IMG/VR virus record: IMGVR_UViG_3300045988_177880
Location: 1-36,909 of that record
Length of the DNA stretch: 36,909 bases
Reading direction: 5' to 3' (one strand)
DNA from: a virus
Program-made: the position numbers and the translations under genes
Notes under the pieces: model-generated
What the model was told of the DNA's origin: nothing
Databases searched by the model: none
The model's input: the letters and a program-made list of their open reading frames with translations, nothing else
Part shown: positions 1 to 9,464 of the stretch, piece by piece
Position numbering within the stretch: position 1 is the stretch's first letter
How the letters are laid out: each line of letters opens with the position of its first letter

Positions 1-75
1 ATGGTCAAGAATACGCTCAGGCGGCATTAAAATATCGGCCTACACAACGAAGTTTACTCCCTCTCTCTCCGCAGA
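1..75. repeat. Terminal direct repeat, left copy (identical to 36835-36909)
   Basis: 75 nt ATGGTCAAGAATACGC...CTCTCTCTCCGCAGA occur exactly at both window ends. The window starts and stops precisely on the repeat. Confidence 0.95.
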
Positions 76-82
76 TTTTTCA

Positions 83-119
83 CGAAGGCTGCGTAAATCA
101 GTGGATTACGCGGCCTTCG
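83..119. promoter_or_regulatory. Imperfect 16-17 bp hairpin/inverted repeat in the putative attP region
   Basis: CGAAGGCTGCGTAAATC-AGTG-GATTACGCGGCCTTCG. The outer 7 bp are perfect, with one T:G pair and one bulged A. No flanking U-tract on either strand. Confidence 0.6.
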
Positions 120-125
120 CTGAAA

Positions 126-147
126 ATAGTCGGACGATAGTCGGACG
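126..147 (+). repeat. Two tandem 11-bp repeats ATAGTCGGACG (candidate integrase arm-type sites)
   Basis: Perfect tandem copies at 126-136 and 137-147, just upstream of the integrase start. The same TCGGACG core with 11-bp phasing recurs at 36800-36817. Confidence 0.7.
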
Positions 148-169
148 GAGTTAAGAACATAAGTGTATC

Positions 170-1360
170 ATGCAACATTTTTTCCGACGGCGAAAAAATG
201 TAAAAAAAATGTGCCCTGCACGGAAGAATTACACGCCTCAAGCCGAGGTCCTCGGCTTCACTTACCCTAAGTTACACGTTGGCAAAAATTGGTATGTTGA
301 TTTCTACGCATTTGATCCGGCGACGGATTCGATGCGGAGGAAGAAGTATATGCTTGACCGCATCGGCAAGGTCACGCAACGCAGGCGTCGGGCGGCCGAA
401 ATAATTGAGTCGTTGCTTAAGCTCTTGCGTAGTGGGTGGTCGCCGTGGGTCAATGCATCGGATAATAGGTGCTACACTCTTTTGTCCGAGGCTCTTGACA
501 AATATGATAGACATCTCGACAAGTTGCCTAAGGATAAAACCAGGCACAGTTATCATTCGCGGGTCAATGTCCTCCGCCAATATATTGCATCGATGGTGAT
601 ACCGCCGAAGTATGTATACCAGTTTGATACGGCGTTTATGACGGATTTTTTGGACTGGTTGTATCTTGATCGTGAGGTCAGCGGGCGGACGCGAAACAAT
701 TATCGCGGTTGGCTGTCTTCAATCGCGGCATTTTTTATCGAGCGTCAGTATATAAATCAAAATCCGGCTACGGCCATCAAAAAAGTACCCGAACAGAAGA
801 AAAAGCGACAGCCGCTGACGGCGGATATGTTGCATCGTTTGCGTGATTATCTCGAACCTCGCGACAAAGTGTATCTCCTCGCTTGTATGATGGAGTATTA
901 TACAATGATTCGACCGACCGAGCTGGTCAACTTGCGCATCAACGACATCTCACTCCAGGAGCAGAGCATATTTGTAGCCGCAGAGTACAGCAAGAATAAA
1001 CGAGACGGCAAAGTAGGCATCAATGATGACATCATTCGCCTTATGTTAGATGTCGATTTGTTTTCCAAGCCAGGCACATATTACATCTTTGGTCGCAATA
1101 TGCGCCCAAGTCAACTTAAAGCAAGTAGCGAGATTTTTCGCAGAGAGTGGCAAAAGCTTCGCAAAGCGTTGCGGTGGGGAGACGAATACCAGTTCTATTC
1201 GCTCAAGGATAGCGGCATCCGCGACCTCGCCAATGCCGAAGGCATCGTCATCGCACGCGACCAGGCTCGTCATACTGATATATCAACGACCAATAGGTAT
1301 CTACAAGGTCGAGATAGACCTGTCCATAATGAGACGTTACATTTCAAGGGTAACCTATGA
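170..1360 (+). CDS. int: Tyrosine site-specific integrase (Bacteroidota phage-integrase type)
   Basis: 396-aa ORF. The C-terminal catalytic region has MIRPTEL(R), YSLKDSGIRDL and ARHTDISTTNRY (H/R...Y nucleophile). The N-terminal KNWYVDFYAFDP arm-binding-like segment is typical of Bacteroidota integrases. The start could instead be Met14 (209). Confidence 0.9.
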   Translation: MQHFFRRRKNVKKMCPARKNYTPQAEVLGFTYPKLHVGKNWYVDFYAFDPATDSMRRKKYMLDRIGKVTQRRRRAAEIIESLLKLLRSGWSPWVNASDNRCYTLLSEALDKYDRHLDKLPKDKTRHSYHSRVNVLRQYIASMVIPPKYVYQFDTAFMTDFLDWLYLDREVSGRTRNNYRGWLSSIAAFFIERQYINQNPATAIKKVPEQKKKRQPLTADMLHRLRDYLEPRDKVYLLACMMEYYTMIRPTELVNLRINDISLQEQSIFVAAEYSKNKRDGKVGINDDIIRLMLDVDLFSKPGTYYIFGRNMRPSQLKASSEIFRREWQKLRKALRWGDEYQFYSLKDSGIRDLANAEGIVIARDQARHTDISTTNRYLQGRDRPVHNETLHFKGNL

Positions 1361-3385
1361 TTCTTCGATAAGTTCAATCGGATAAAAGTAACCTGTTATG
1401 AGTTGTGACATTCCGTCCGAGGTAATGTCTGTCTCGAATTTTTCGGCGACATATTTTCGTCCGCGAATTATAAATATACATCCGACATCCGGTAGATGTT
1501 TTGCCAAGAATTTTACGCAATACCGGGTCTGTGTGTCTATATAAACGCCTTGAGATAGCGTTTGAGAGGCAAGATTGATTTGCCCGGCAATGGGTATCAG
1601 TGACAGGGAGTATGGAGTATCGCTGAGTGTTGGCTCTCCATCCAGCGCGGCAGTAGCACGTTCGCGTAGATATGGATGTGGATATGCGAAGGTCTCGGTG
1701 ATTTTCTCGCCTGATGTCGTTGTCGTGTCAACCGCAATATCTGTGGTGGACTTGCCGTTGTCGGGCTTGATTGCAAGATAGATAACGTCTGGGATGCCGT
1801 CTTTGTCTGATTGTGTTTCTGCGTCTCCTGCGATTACCGCGCCGATGTCCAGCGATGTGTAATCATGCTGTTTATACCAATCTAATATGGCGATATTAGG
1901 TGCAGCAAGGGTTTCGACCGGAAATGTCGCGACAACTGACGGGCGAGCATCTGTTCCGGTTCCGGGTACCGGAGCGGAGTAAATTTCACAGTCAACGTCG
2001 CGAGTATAGGCTGCCGGTACGAATTTCAATTCAATGTCAATGTCTTCTTTGTTTTCCGGTTTTCGCGGACGGAACATATTTATCTCGACAAATCCGTTGG
2101 CATCAGTATATATGTAGTGACGCCCATCTGAGCAACACCATATTGTGCCTTTGTGATCTGTCATCGCTTCGGCGCCTTGCGCTTTTGCCCAAGTGAGTAG
2201 TGCGGTCAGGTTAGCGAAGCTCTTATCGATTTTAGCTTGGTCGATAATCTCATCGTCAAGTATGTCTTCGGCTGCTGCATCATGGTCGGCGAAACCGACA
2301 CTATTGGTCGAAATGTCCGACTGGGTCTCATCGTTGACGTCTACGGTATATTCGTCAACGACATCAGTGATTGGCAGGGTAGATGTGTCGGCACGATAAT
2401 GGTCACATCGTTTATGCAGTGTGATTTTCTTGTGTTCATAATCAACGCCAAGGACGACTCCGAAGGAGTTTTCGAGCTGAGTCCACCAGTCGTTGACCGA
2501 CCAATGTGGCAGGCATTTTGCACATGCAAGGTGGTTGTTGGCGTTGCAGATAAAAATCCGGCGGAGGAATGTGTCTGTCCATAATGCGTTGTCGTCATCC
2601 GCGAGAGTAAACCCCGTGGCAGCCGCTACTTTTTTTGCAATAAGCCAAACGAATGGCTGTATGGCGAAGGATACGACAGCTGTGCCTTCGAGGTCTCGTC
2701 GTGACGGCTGTTCGCCGACATAGCCGCGATAACGCATATTATATCCTGGCTGTTGGTACTTGCATTGGTATGATATGCCGTTGCAAATCATATCTGCAGA
2801 AGTGTTGAGTATCGGTACAGCTATCCATTTGTTACTGAAACCGGTCTGCATACACCGGAGAAGACGAGACTCGGAATAGTCTGTACTTGGAGGATTGGTG
2901 TATTGTGCACGCCAAGCGACAAGGTCAGACGTCTCGTTGGACAAATCATCCTCGGCGGTGTAATATTTCCAGGTTTTTGACCGAGCATCATAGTAAGATC
3001 CGTCAGGCCATGAAGTCCGAAACCAATCGCCGAGGTCGAGTTCGTCAATGTATGCTTCATCCATCTTATTCCCATAGTTGTAGGCGGCATTATCACCTAA
3101 TAATTGAATCTTCACAACAGAATCTGTGATGGATGTGATATGCGCCTTCCCGGATAGGTGCGTTTCGGCATCAATGACCAATCTTGCTTCGAATGTCCGT
3201 GCGTTTTTTGCGACATCAAGCCGCTGGATGCGCCCGAATATTTTGCGATTGTCAGGTATGTCAAGTGGAAAATCTACATCATAAGTATAAGATGATGTCT
3301 TGGTAAAGAACGGGTTCTCGACAGTCAGTTTTAGAGACTTTTTTGACACTACGACCGGCTGTCCGTCAAGATATATGATAGTCAT
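1355..3385 (-). CDS. Distal tail / baseplate-like structural protein (assigned by position after the tape measure)
   Basis: 676-aa ORF whose start overlaps the tape-measure stop by 4 nt (3382-3385). No motif recognised. Its 3' end overlaps the integrase 3' end convergently by 6 nt. Confidence 0.45.
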   Translation of the reverse strand: MTIIYLDGQPVVVSKKSLKLTVENPFFTKTSSYTYDVDFPLDIPDNRKIFGRIQRLDVAKNARTFEARLVIDAETHLSGKAHITSITDSVVKIQLLGDNAAYNYGNKMDEAYIDELDLGDWFRTSWPDGSYYDARSKTWKYYTAEDDLSNETSDLVAWRAQYTNPPSTDYSESRLLRCMQTGFSNKWIAVPILNTSADMICNGISYQCKYQQPGYNMRYRGYVGEQPSRRDLEGTAVVSFAIQPFVWLIAKKVAAATGFTLADDDNALWTDTFLRRIFICNANNHLACAKCLPHWSVNDWWTQLENSFGVVLGVDYEHKKITLHKRCDHYRADTSTLPITDVVDEYTVDVNDETQSDISTNSVGFADHDAAAEDILDDEIIDQAKIDKSFANLTALLTWAKAQGAEAMTDHKGTIWCCSDGRHYIYTDANGFVEINMFRPRKPENKEDIDIELKFVPAAYTRDVDCEIYSAPVPGTGTDARPSVVATFPVETLAAPNIAILDWYKQHDYTSLDIGAVIAGDAETQSDKDGIPDVIYLAIKPDNGKSTTDIAVDTTTTSGEKITETFAYPHPYLRERATAALDGEPTLSDTPYSLSLIPIAGQINLASQTLSQGVYIDTQTRYCVKFLAKHLPDVGCIFIIRGRKYVAEKFETDITSDGMSQLITGYFYPIELIEES

Positions 3386-6300
3386 CGACGTACGTTTTGG
3401 TTGAGTTTATTGTAATTATTGAGCTTGCGAGCCAGACCTCTTTCGCCGTCCATGACAACTTCGGCAAGAATGCCTTGTTCTATATTGTCAGACAACCTAT
3501 CCAGTGCTTTTGATGTGCGTGCAGATATGTCTGCTATGATTGCAGCGCTGTCGTTAATTGTAGCGGTAGCACTCTCAGAGGATGTCACCCCTCTCGTGCT
3601 CACCCCACGATTAACGCCGATGGCATTGCTTACATCGTCGGCAGTCAGCGAACCCACGGTGTTCGCTCGTTGTGCTTGGTCAATGAGCCGCAGAACCGGT
3701 GCAATGGCCGGATTGGCCACTGCCTGGTGGTTCGCGACAAACTCGTTGGCATGGACAACGCCGACTTCGCGCTTGTTGTCGTTGGCCCGCATCGTGAAAC
3801 CGCCGGAGTAATATCCTGCGGCTTGTGCTTGGTGCTGTTTTTGAATGGTGGCAATTTGGATAGCGCCTGCGGCCACGGCCATTGCGGCAGCGATAGGACC
3901 GAGTATCCAGTTGACTTTCGATGCCGAGGCGTATGCATTGATGGCGGCCATCGCAGTAGAGGCGACGGCTTGGGCAAGTTCCATCGATTGTGCCCGTTTA
4001 TTGTATTTGTTTTTGATTTTTGCGGTTTCGCGCTCTTTCTGTTCTTCGATCTTTTTCTTTTTGCGTTCGTTTTTTCCGGCTGCCTTGATTTCCGCGTCAT
4101 AACGTTTTTCGACCTTGGCCAGTTCGAGGTCGCGCTCGGCATCGTAATAGGCAGACGTCTGTTGCAAAAAAGTGGATAAAAGAGCTATTGCTGATGTTAT
4201 GGCAGATGCTACATATCCAGGTATGTCTTTTGCTCCTTCTGCAATCTGTTTTATTGCGTTGTATATAGTGGACACATTCTGACCCATCTCTGACGAGAAT
4301 TGTGCGAACCCCTTTCCTGCCGCTTCTGCTGCATCTGCATTCTCCTCTATTGCTGTTTTTATCTTTTCAAATTGTTCCTGTGTAATTACACCGGCTTCGA
4401 GCAGCTTATCAAGCATCTTAAGCTCGGCTTGCTTTGTCGCTTCTGCGGATGTCTCGAGATACTTACCTACGATTTGCTTGTACGCGTCCGCAAGTTCCTT
4501 TTGTTTGTCGAGTTTGTCTTGGTTGACACGTGTCTGGATTTGCTTCTCGATAGCAGCATATTCTTCGGAGTTTTGTTCGTATAGCAGTTGCTTCTGGCGA
4601 AGGTATCGGATGTCTTCTTCGAGTAGAGCCTGATTTAACGCTACTTTATTGTCAAATTCGGCGGCTGTCGGGTCATAGTACCGCATTGTGATGTTGTCCG
4701 TCCGTTCGCGGTGTTCGCTGTCTATCAGTGATGCCATCTGTTTCTTTTGAGCCGCAATTGCATCGAGGTCAGCTTCCGCTCGTTTTTTTAGCAGGTCGCG
4801 GTATTTGGCGTTGTCTGTTTCTCCCCATTCCTCGTATATCTTGATTTGAGCTTCACGAGCCTGTTCCTCCAGGTTTCTTTTGGTGTATAAGTATTGCTCG
4901 AAGTCCTTTTGTCCGGTCGCATAGGCGGTCAGGTTAGCCAATGCTATCGCGTCATTCTGCGCCTTGACCGCATCTATTTCGGCTTGCATCTGCTTTTGAC
5001 GCTCACGCTGGGTGTCCTCCTTGTTTGCACCTTTTACACCATCGCTGGTCGGCACGGTTCGTGTCGGCTCAATCGTTGGAGACGGATTCTGCGTACTATT
5101 GCCCGAAGGTACTCGATTACCCTGCTCAATGCGGTACTGGTCAAGCAGGTCTTGGATTTCGGCTCGGGTTTTGATGTCAAGAGTCGTTGACCCATTCGGA
5201 GCTATAACGGCGACAGTACTCATATATTCACCTCTCTTCAATGCGCCTTCGAGCATCTTGATTACTGTCGCGAGATCCTCGTCTGACGCATTTTTGGCCG
5301 GGCGTGCAATGCCCTCCATTTGGTCAAGCGAGACCATTCGAGACAAGTAGTCTCCTTGTCGTTTTGTGATTCTGTTGAATATGCCGAGAGGACTTTCCTG
5401 CTGTGCCTTGCCGGCATTGTAGGAGGAAACTAATCCTGCTGCCGGACTTATAGCTATTAGCCCTACTGCCTGATTCGAAGATTGTACGTTTTGTTCATAC
5501 AGCCGGTCAAGCAGACCTTGAATCTCCTTTCCGATAGGCCGATTGGTGGTTATTTGGTCTTGCACCGCAGTCATCACCTTCTCGATTTGTGATTTTGTCG
5601 CACCGGCTGCCGTCAGAGATTTTCTAAGCTCCTCCAGGTCTTTAGTAACCTCTTCGTTGTAGGTCGTTTCAATATTTTCGCGAGCGGTGGCAATGCCTTT
5701 GGCTTTGGCATTGGCTCGGATGGCTATGGTAAGGCGTTTGTATGCTGCTTCGAGGTCGATGATTTCGCCTTTTTCGTTGACGAGACCTTGCAGGTATTGG
5801 CCATACTGCGAAATGATCGCGGCTTTGGCTTTTTCGTAGGCATCAGTACCGGCTGTCGTGCCTTTGAGCGTTGAGAATAGTTTGGACAGCTCTTTCTCCT
5901 CCTTGATAGACTCGGCGGAAAGGCCATTGGCGGAGGCCATAGCTTTGTCCATCTTTTGAGTATACTCGTCAGTGCCTGATATGAGATTCTTTATCACACC
6001 GTACAGCATTATCGCCGCGCTCGCGATAGCACCGAAGACATTGGCTTTTGTGGCCTTATCCAGCGCCTTCCACGCGACAGTGAGCTTGCCAACTTGCAAA
6101 GTCATCGCATAGTATGCCAGGCGTAGCCCGGTCATCAGGTTGGTCAACGCAGTCACTACTATCTGTTTGGCTTTGATGGCGATGGTGTGCGCGACTTCGG
6201 CGGCAGCGCAGAGCTTTGCCCAAATCACATAAGACTTGTTCGCGAGGACGGCCACTGTGATTGCTGCGACAAGCGATATGACCGCCGTTCTATTTTTGAC

Positions 6301-7785
6301 GATGAACCCGACGACAGACGATAATGCGTGCATCAAAAGCGATGTCCCGGAGATAGCATACTGCATCACGGGCAACAGCTTCTCGCCAAGTGATACGGCC
6401 ATCTCGGTAAAACTCTTTTTTAGTTTATCAAGCCGTGCTTGAACAGTGTTATTTTGGACGTCAAATTCTTTGGTCACGGAGGAGCCTTCCGCGAATGCGG
6501 TGTTGGCAGCCACTTGCTGTTGCTTTACATCTTCTATGTGTTCGGCGAGAGTGCTAAGCGTTGCAATCGCTCTTGCACCATTTTCTCCCATATCCTTGAA
6601 CATAGGCGACAGCGCATCCATACCTCCGACTTGATTCAACGCCGACAGAAGTTCCATTAACGCCGAATTTATATCGGTTTTTACTAATGAGGTAAAGTTT
6701 TGTATGTCGAGTCCGGCTATCTTGGCATATTTGGCAGGGTCTTGATATATGCGTACAATTACCTGAGACAAAGCTGTCGCCGAGGCCTCGACATTCTGGT
6801 TTGTGGAGTCCAGCACTGCGCCGAAGGCCATTATCTGCTGCACCGATAGACCAGCTTGCGCTCCGACTCCGGCCATACGGCTGGCGAACTCGGTGAGGTA
6901 TGGTGCTGAGGCCGCGCAGTTTTGGGATAGTTCGTTGACGACAGATCCTACTTTGAGTAGAGACTGTTCGGTGCCGTATTGTCCTTCCAGCCCGAATATT
7001 CCGGTGAGTTTGGAGAGCGTTAGGGTTGCCCCTTCGCCGAGTTCGTCAAGCGCGACATTGATTTGGTCTGCCGCTTTGACGAAACCAAGGACGTCATCGA
7101 TAGACGTTTTGCCCAGGCGACCTGCCTCTTGTGCGAGTTTATTGAGTCCCTCGCGCGATGTGCGCGTGTCCATCTGTTTGAATGCCTCATTGAGATTTTC
7201 TACCTGCTCGGCTGTCATGCCGGTGTACTTGCGTACGTTGGCCATTTCTGCCTCCATGTCTGCATACGCTTGTACTGCAGCCTTACCGGAAACGACCACG
7301 CCACCGAATGCGGCAACGGCGGTTGCGGCAGAGGCTCCCCAGTCGTTGATGCCGTCCTTGAGCTTTTCGAGTGGCGACCGTGTATCGATAGACATCTCGG
7401 CATTGACTTCTGAAAGTTGCCGCTTGACAGCTTTAAGTTTGTCAATATATGCATCCCAATCTTTGGATCCTCGTTCCACACGACCGGATGACAATTCGGC
7501 ATTGATGGCTTTGAGCGCACGATGCAACTCCTTAGGCGTTGCCTTGTCAAGATTGCGCATTGCAGCCTCGACATTCGAGGCATTTGTGCGCATCCGCTGT
7601 ATGGTTGCGTTGGTCTTCTGCAACTCTTTATTGACCTCTATGACCTTGCGTGCATCGCCTGCCGAATATGCATCCGCTAATGCCTTGCGCAAAGCCTTGG
7701 CTTTTGCGATGTTGTCCTCGTATGTACGTTTGTAGTCCTCGCTATTGCATTTGAGTACTACCTCTGCAATTTCTTTATATGCCAT
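3382..7785 (-). CDS. Tail tape measure protein
   Basis: 1467 aa, with long coiled-coil K/E/A/Q-rich stretches. The central hydrophobic segments include VISLVAAITVAVLANKSYVIWAKL. A TP901-type TMP core-like region is present (GLNKLAQEAGRLGK...DDVLGFVKAADQINVALDELG...GLSVQQIMAFGAVLDS). Confidence 0.9.
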   Translation of the reverse strand: MAYKEIAEVVLKCNSEDYKRTYEDNIAKAKALRKALADAYSAGDARKVIEVNKELQKTNATIQRMRTNASNVEAAMRNLDKATPKELHRALKAINAELSSGRVERGSKDWDAYIDKLKAVKRQLSEVNAEMSIDTRSPLEKLKDGINDWGASAATAVAAFGGVVVSGKAAVQAYADMEAEMANVRKYTGMTAEQVENLNEAFKQMDTRTSREGLNKLAQEAGRLGKTSIDDVLGFVKAADQINVALDELGEGATLTLSKLTGIFGLEGQYGTEQSLLKVGSVVNELSQNCAASAPYLTEFASRMAGVGAQAGLSVQQIMAFGAVLDSTNQNVEASATALSQVIVRIYQDPAKYAKIAGLDIQNFTSLVKTDINSALMELLSALNQVGGMDALSPMFKDMGENGARAIATLSTLAEHIEDVKQQQVAANTAFAEGSSVTKEFDVQNNTVQARLDKLKKSFTEMAVSLGEKLLPVMQYAISGTSLLMHALSSVVGFIVKNRTAVISLVAAITVAVLANKSYVIWAKLCAAAEVAHTIAIKAKQIVVTALTNLMTGLRLAYYAMTLQVGKLTVAWKALDKATKANVFGAIASAAIMLYGVIKNLISGTDEYTQKMDKAMASANGLSAESIKEEKELSKLFSTLKGTTAGTDAYEKAKAAIISQYGQYLQGLVNEKGEIIDLEAAYKRLTIAIRANAKAKGIATARENIETTYNEEVTKDLEELRKSLTAAGATKSQIEKVMTAVQDQITTNRPIGKEIQGLLDRLYEQNVQSSNQAVGLIAISPAAGLVSSYNAGKAQQESPLGIFNRITKRQGDYLSRMVSLDQMEGIARPAKNASDEDLATVIKMLEGALKRGEYMSTVAVIAPNGSTTLDIKTRAEIQDLLDQYRIEQGNRVPSGNSTQNPSPTIEPTRTVPTSDGVKGANKEDTQRERQKQMQAEIDAVKAQNDAIALANLTAYATGQKDFEQYLYTKRNLEEQAREAQIKIYEEWGETDNAKYRDLLKKRAEADLDAIAAQKKQMASLIDSEHRERTDNITMRYYDPTAAEFDNKVALNQALLEEDIRYLRQKQLLYEQNSEEYAAIEKQIQTRVNQDKLDKQKELADAYKQIVGKYLETSAEATKQAELKMLDKLLEAGVITQEQFEKIKTAIEENADAAEAAGKGFAQFSSEMGQNVSTIYNAIKQIAEGAKDIPGYVASAITSAIALLSTFLQQTSAYYDAERDLELAKVEKRYDAEIKAAGKNERKKKKIEEQKERETAKIKNKYNKRAQSMELAQAVASTAMAAINAYASASKVNWILGPIAAAMAVAAGAIQIATIQKQHQAQAAGYYSGGFTMRANDNKREVGVVHANEFVANHQAVANPAIAPVLRLIDQAQRANTVGSLTADDVSNAIGVNRGVSTRGVTSSESATATINDSAAIIADISARTSKALDRLSDNIEQGILAEVVMDGERGLARKLNNYNKLNQNVRR

Positions 7786-7807
7786 TATTTACATCTTTTA
7801 CTTTGGC

Positions 7808-7838
7808 CAAATTTATGTACGGAATTTTTTTGAACAAA
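7808..7838 (-). promoter_or_regulatory. Bacteroidota-type promoter (TTTG-N19-TAAATTTG) for the tape-measure unit
   Basis: Read on the minus strand: TTTG (7838-7835), a 19-nt spacer, then TAAATTTG (7815-7808). The ATG at 7785 is about 22 nt downstream of the -7 box. Confidence 0.7.
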
Positions 7839-7845
7839 AGACACT

Positions 7846-7871
7846 GCGACAGGCTTTCACAAGCCTGCCGC
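7846..7871 (-). terminator. Hairpin terminator ending the lysis cassette
   Basis: GCGACAGGCTT-TCAC-AAGCCTGCCGC (10 of 11 bp paired). On the minus strand it is followed by AGUGUCUUUUGUUC. Confidence 0.55.
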
Positions 7872-7896
7872 AGCCATATTATATATGTATATCCAG

Positions 7897-8376
7897 TTAT
7901 GCTAAAATCTTTCGGCGGACGAGTATGACTGCAACGATTGTCGCTACCATCGTCACCGCCAACAGCCACCACGGCTGTCCTTCACGGCTGCTCTCGCTAT
8001 GGCTCTGCACGGCACATCTGTCGCTGCGGCTCTGCAGCGTCTCGGCGGATGTCGTGTCGGTGCGCTGCGCAATCGCCGTTGCTTTGGCGGTCGCGGTCGG
8101 CTTGTAAGCTGTGCGCGTCCATCGAACGCGATGCAACACCTCGCGCGTGCCGTCGACGGCGGTCTGCACAACGCTGTCGGCTGTCACCGTCCAGGCAATA
8201 CTGTCGGCTGCCTCTGTCTGTTCGGTCTGCGTTTCGGATCGGCTGTCCGTGCGCTTCTGCACCGTCTCGGCTGTCTGCGTCTGCTGCATCTCGGCCACAC
8301 GGAGGTCGCTCTCCTTATGGCTGCGGCAAGCGCACATCAGTACCGCACTCATGTATATGATTATCGCTGTTCGCAT
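7897..8376 (-). CDS. Candidate unimolecular spanin (N-terminal lipoprotein signal plus C-terminal transmembrane anchor)
   Basis: 159 aa. The N-terminus MRTAIIIYMSAVLMCAC is signal- and lipobox-like. The middle is a T/Q/E/S-rich linker. The C-terminus WWLLAVTMVATIVAVILVRRKILA is a transmembrane helix. The start overlaps the amidase stop by 16 nt. Confidence 0.55.
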   Translation of the reverse strand: MRTAIIIYMSAVLMCACRSHKESDLRVAEMQQTQTAETVQKRTDSRSETQTEQTEAADSIAWTVTADSVVQTAVDGTREVLHRVRWTRTAYKPTATAKATAIAQRTDTTSAETLQSRSDRCAVQSHSESSREGQPWWLLAVTMVATIVAVILVRRKILA

Positions 8377-8969
8377 GTTGCTATGTAGTTCAAAATTGCA
8401 TTTACGTGCAGGTCTACAATCGTGGTCTTGCCCTCGTTGCTCAGCAGAAATGCCACGTCTTCGCGGTTGTCTTGAAAGAGGTTCTCAGTCAGCACCGCTG
8501 TGCATTTGGTGTCGCGGCACATGGCCAGGCTCGCCTGCCAAAAGCCCTGCGGGGGCGTTGCACGGTTGCCCGTCAAGCCGCGTGCCTTAGCTCCGGCGTA
8601 AAACTCGGCGGCAAGGCGTCGGCTGCCCTGTCCTGCGTTATTGCTTACATATACGGCAAAACCGCGTGCATCGTGCCAGCGCTCGTCAGCACCTGCGGCG
8701 TTGTTGTGGATGCTCACAAGGCAGACATTGCGTGCGCCCTCGGCCTTGCAGACTCCGTTGACACGGCGCGTGCGCACGCTCAGCGGAATATCGGTGGTCT
8801 CGGGTACGAGCAGCCGTGCGTCTATGCCCTCGCGCTGTAGCGATATGGCTGTGCGCCGGGCAATCTCGCGCGCCCAGGCGTACTCGCGTAGTCGCCCGTC
8901 GGGGCTGCGTTTTCCGGGAGTTTCCACTCCGTGGCCGTTATCAATCAGTACTATCATTGTCGTCTGCAT
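8361..8969 (-). CDS. N-acetylmuramoyl-L-alanine amidase endolysin (Amidase_3-like)
   Basis: VLIDNGHGVETPGK, SIHNNA and LTENLFQDN motifs are arranged as in the Zn amidase_3 family. It lies directly after the holin. Confidence 0.88.
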   Translation of the reverse strand: MQTTMIVLIDNGHGVETPGKRSPDGRLREYAWAREIARRTAISLQREGIDARLLVPETTDIPLSVRTRRVNGVCKAEGARNVCLVSIHNNAAGADERWHDARGFAVYVSNNAGQGSRRLAAEFYAGAKARGLTGNRATPPQGFWQASLAMCRDTKCTAVLTENLFQDNREDVAFLLSNEGKTTIVDLHVNAILNYIATCEQR

Positions 8970-9450
8970 TTGGTCGGTGTGTCTTACTCGCGCCTATTCC
9001 CGACAGGTCGATGTCGAAGTGCCGGCTGGTCTTGTCCACGAGTATTTTCTGCGCCACTTTCGCCCATCGGGCGCCGTTGCAACTGCTCTCGTTTTCGAGG
9101 ATACTCCAAATCTGCCAGAAGCATATTGCGCCGGCGGCCACCTTGGTCAAGTCGATGGGTATGCTGTCTGTAATGTGTCGCGAAATAAGATACGCCATGA
9201 TAATAAGCGCGTAGCTCTTGATGAGCGTCAGCAATACATGGCCAAAGTGGTGCGACTGGAACTTGTGGCCGTCTTTGGTGACCTTATCCGGATGTGCCTT
9301 GGCGGCGCGTCTCGAAAGACTCCACGCTGTATAACAATCAGCGAAAATTACTAATGTACAAATGAGTAGGTACGGCAGTGTCGGCTCAAGGATTGCGAGT
9401 GCTGCACCCATGCCGGCGAAAGCCCAGCGAAGGATCTGCGTAATAGTCAT
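8941..9450 (-). CDS. Holin (phage_holin_4_1-like, 4 predicted transmembrane helices)
   Basis: 169 aa with four hydrophobic helices and the family-typical WSILENES motif after the last helix. It overlaps the amidase start. Confidence 0.75.
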   Translation of the reverse strand: MTITQILRWAFAGMGAALAILEPTLPYLLICTLVIFADCYTAWSLSRRAAKAHPDKVTKDGHKFQSHHFGHVLLTLIKSYALIIMAYLISRHITDSIPIDLTKVAAGAICFWQIWSILENESSCNGARWAKVAQKILVDKTSRHFDIDLSGIGASKTHRPNADDNDSTD

Positions 9451-9464
9451 TACAGCCTCCTTTC

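Noticed and set aside
1-75. Terminal repeat as a tRNA-derived attL/attR core of an integrated prophage
   Set aside because: The 75-mer has no tRNA-like cloverleaf or acceptor/T-arm features. No bacterial flanking sequence lies outside the repeats.
6803-7735. 310-aa plus-strand ORF, with many other 60-170-aa ORFs, antisense to or out of frame with the tape measure gene
   Set aside because: It lies entirely inside the 1467-aa minus-strand ORF. Its composition is Ser/Ala/Arg-rich shadow-frame. It has no promoter or independent signal.
7938-8590. Several 70-160-aa ORFs in alternative frames over the spanin/amidase region
   Set aside because: These are Arg/Cys/Ser-rich translations typical of off-frame reading of GC-rich coding DNA. 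The amidase and spanin frames carry real motifs.
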